Shown here: positions 60,797-64,000 of the stretch, piece after piece
Position numbering within the stretch: position 1 is the stretch's first letter
Layout of the letters: every line of letters begins with the position of its first letter
NCBI GenBank assembly: GCA_002269645.1
Contig: NIVC01003967.1
Span: 1 to 64,000 of the forward strand
Origin: Macrostomum lignano
Lineage: Eukaryota
Reading direction: 5' to 3'
Length of the DNA stretch: 64,000 nt
Position numbers and translations under genes: made by a program
The notes under the pieces: model-generated
Told to the model about the DNA's origin: nothing
The model's database searches: none
The model's input: the letters and a program-made list of their open reading frames with translations, nothing else

Positions 60797-62176
60797 CTAG
60801 TCGCCTCTGGTCAAAATCCATATTGACACAGCCAGATTCAAGACAAAGTAAATGATGAGAAAAACTCTGTCCAAAATGATTCCTAGAAAACGCCATTTAT
60901 TCTCGTCCTGTCCGAAATGACTCTCTGGGTTTGTCGTCGACAGCGGCACCTCAGAATCCTCGTGACGCGTCACCGGATTCTGTCCGGCCTGGCGTGGCTT
61001 CATCGCGAACGAGATGACTTTGACAGCGGCCTCATTGTGATGCGTCAGCGGCAATCCGACGTACTTGCCGCTTTCCAGTATCTTAATGAAGCAGGCTGGC
61101 ATGCAGAAGTCCTTACCCTTCAGCGATATGTTGTAGCTGATTATAGTCTTGATGTTGGCGAGGCTCACTAGTGCTATGGCTATGCAGAAGTAGATTCCTA
61201 GCACCGGTACAGCGTCGCCTGATCGGGGAATGTTGTCCGACACCATCAATAGGAAAACCATCAACGACAGTAGAATAGTGGTGACGTAAGCTATCTTCTC
61301 GCCGCACTCGGTTGGCATGATAAAGACGAATAGCGTCAGCCAAGTGAGCAGCATGCACGGGAACAGCATATAGACCTGCTGGAACATGTACTTTCGCTTG
61401 AGCCGCAGTTGGAAAGCAACCTCGCTATATTGTCTCGAACGACCAGAAGCTTCATCGAGACCGACTTTTCTGTCCGCTACGCGATCGAAGGACGGGAAAC
61501 CCTCCACCATCCACTCACCGTTGCTGGCACTGACAAAAGCATGATCTTCTTTTTTGCCGGGCGCTTCTTCTTTCTTGACAAGCAAGAAATTGCTGGTATC
61601 CTTCGTCCAAGAACTGAACGTGATGTTGCAGCGCTGTCTATCGTACGGAAACTGTGCTATGTTGATCCGACAGAAAGACTTGAACACAGCCTGAGCTCCT
61701 AGCTGAATGGAGCCATCGCTAAAGATTCTGGCCTTGGACTCGCCGTAGATGAACATGCCCTCTTCGAAGTTTCCGTGCAGAGACTCGTAGAATATAAGAT
61801 CGGGGTACCAGATCTCCTCCGCCTTGATGACAAAGTTATCAATATTGTTAAAGCGCTTCGGATCCCATGTCAGCCGACAGTCTTTCCATGTCGATTCAAC
61901 CCAGACGTCAACCGTGAGCATCTGGGTTGGTTCGTCAAGATCGAACAGCTGAATAAGCAGCATATCCTGTTGAATCTTCAGCTTCTTTCCCAGCTCGCAG
62001 ATTGGCATAGCGTTCGCCTTGTACGGCGTTGTCTCGTTTTCAAATAAATAAGCCAGTAGGCCATCGTAGATGGTGTTCTTCGGCCCCAGCTGGCCCGAGG
62101 ACGATGCGACAACGCTAGGAAAAACTGAAATACACGATGGTAGGACCAGCAGAAGTATTAGACGCACCAGATGCAT
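60797..62176 (-). CDS. Cys-loop ligand-gated channel, nAChR non-alpha type, intronless, 459 aa
   Basis: Signal peptide; WYPD; Cys-loop CRINIAQFPYDRQRC; no vicinal CC in loop C; GEK before TM2 (cation-selective type); four TMs. Confidence 0.93.
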   Translation of the reverse strand: MHLVRLILLLVLPSCISVFPSVVASSSGQLGPKNTIYDGLLAYLFENETTPYKANAMPICELGKKLKIQQDMLLIQLFDLDEPTQMLTVDVWVESTWKDCRLTWDPKRFNNIDNFVIKAEEIWYPDLIFYESLHGNFEEGMFIYGESKARIFSDGSIQLGAQAVFKSFCRINIAQFPYDRQRCNITFSSWTKDTSNFLLVKKEEAPGKKEDHAFVSASNGEWMVEGFPSFDRVADRKVGLDEASGRSRQYSEVAFQLRLKRKYMFQQVYMLFPCMLLTWLTLFVFIMPTECGEKIAYVTTILLSLMVFLLMVSDNIPRSGDAVPVLGIYFCIAIALVSLANIKTIISYNISLKGKDFCMPACFIKILESGKYVGLPLTHHNEAAVKVISFAMKPRQAGQNPVTRHEDSEVPLSTTNPESHFGQDENKWRFLGIILDRVFLIIYFVLNLAVSIWILTRGD

Positions 62177-63076
62177 TATGACCTCGATAAATCGATGATG
62201 TCAGCAGGGGGCCAGTAATATAGAAGTATCCAGTCAATTTTACTCAACAAGCTTCTTTTTTCTTGCACTAAGTGGCTCTAAAGCTGGGCATTTTTGCTGT
62301 TATAAAGAAAAGCAGAAAGCCTCGAGGGTCGTTTCGAGCTTACAGACCGAAATCTCATTGTCTGCCAGTCGCAATTGGGTGTGTGCGAGTGTGCGGGTAC
62401 GATTTGCCTTTCTGCCTTGCTCTTTATTGTGCTGCAAAAGCCCTAAACCCAACAAGAACTCCAGTACAGTGCAGCAAGCAGCCCAGCATTCTTCATGCCA
62501 GCTTTCTTATTCTCTAAAGCTCGGGCCGCAACTTGTGTGTGTCAAGCGGTGGAGAAGACTGTAGAGAAGCATTGGGACAACTCATAAACACGGCTCAGAT
62601 GTAACAGACACTATAGATACACTAACCTCTTTACTGTATAACCGATATGCAAAACCGCCTACGATAGTAGAGGTACAGCTGTCATTCCGCGAAGCCTAAT
62701 CTCGTACCTCGTAGGATGCAAAGTTCCTTCACTAAGTTTTCTTACCACTTTTTTAATTTTTTGATGCAATATTAAAAATGCACAGCAACGACGCTTATGA
62801 GAGAACCGGCAACAAGTCCCTCTGGCTAATTGACCGGGAAATTTCAGTTAGGGAACGATTAAGACGTGAAATTTATAAAATATCATCAACTATAGCAGGC
62901 AGCAATTGTGGGCGTTATGAAAGTTCATAAAGTAGATAGATAGCGAAAGAGTAAGTCACGAGCAGTGTGACGATGAATTGAACACAGGCCAAGGCAAACA
63001 AATTTCCCAATCAAAATACAATATTTCATACCAGTTTAATTGTAAGTAGCTACCTCTGCAATATTAATCATATATG

Positions 63077-63486
<410 letters not shown>

Positions 63487-63735
63487 CAGTTCCTATGGCA
63501 TCACCGTCAATTGGCTGTGGCATTATCTATCCAATAAGACGCTGCTCTGTATGGAGCATATACCGTTTTGTAAGGATTAAATATCTGCAGAAGAGAAACC
63601 AGGAGTGTCTCCTAGGGACAGGAAGAGTAGATATCCTGACCAGGAATACGGCGTATTTGCTAAAAGCCAGCCGCAAAGCTCCTCTACTCTGTTAACGATG
63701 CGATTTCTAATATCCATAGCCATAATTCTATGCAG

Positions 63736-63928
63736 CCAAATGTCGGAGAGAAGCGTCCACCTGGCCGCCCCGTCGCGACAGTCGGTTCACATCCTGCTCG
63801 TAGGCAGCACAGCCGAACTGTTTTACAACGATGTCTTCTTCTTGAACTATTCGATCGACTACGTGAACAGTCGCGAGGATTTGTTTCCGACGATGCAGCT
63901 GGTGCCGGAGTTTCGATTCGCTGCAGGG
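63736..63928 (+). CDS. Possible host exon resembling the ANF-receptor-type ligand-binding N-terminus
   Basis: tatgcag acceptor, gtcagt donor; HILLVG..YSIDYVNSREDLFPTMQLV. Confidence 0.3.
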
Positions 63929-64000
63929 GTCAGTGCTGCTATTGCTGCTGAATGCTCACTTGAAATTAATTTGTTGCTTTTACATGTACTCTTGGCAATT

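Overview
Animal genomic DNA, repeat-rich; the style suggests a flatworm such as Macrostomum, but that is inference only. The centrepiece is a complete 17,173-bp AT-rich Polinton/Maverick (adintovirus-like endogenous virus) at 16488-33660. It has AGTAGT...ACTACT termini, 306-bp TIRs with one mismatch and a 6-bp GAACAG target-site duplication, and it splits a coding exon of a host TEX52-like gene. It encodes pPolB, double-jelly-roll major capsid, penton, packaging ATPase and an adenain-type protease. It also encodes a parvovirus-type PLA2 domain fused in one ORF to the retroviral-like integrase, an adenovirus pX-like core polyprotein, a fibre with F5/8 and legume-lectin-like domains, an HNH nuclease and several orphans. 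Every reading-frame break I found in the element can be repaired by single-base additions, mostly in homopolymers, so it may be intact. Each TIR is itself palindromic. Host genes outside the element: intronless DEG/ENaC, peptide GPCR and non-alpha nAChR subunit, plus a multi-exon C5orf34-like gene with minisatellite-filled introns. The rest is SINEs, nested hAT elements, two decayed mariners and many micro/minisatellites. All family assignments come from motif recognition; no database searches were run.
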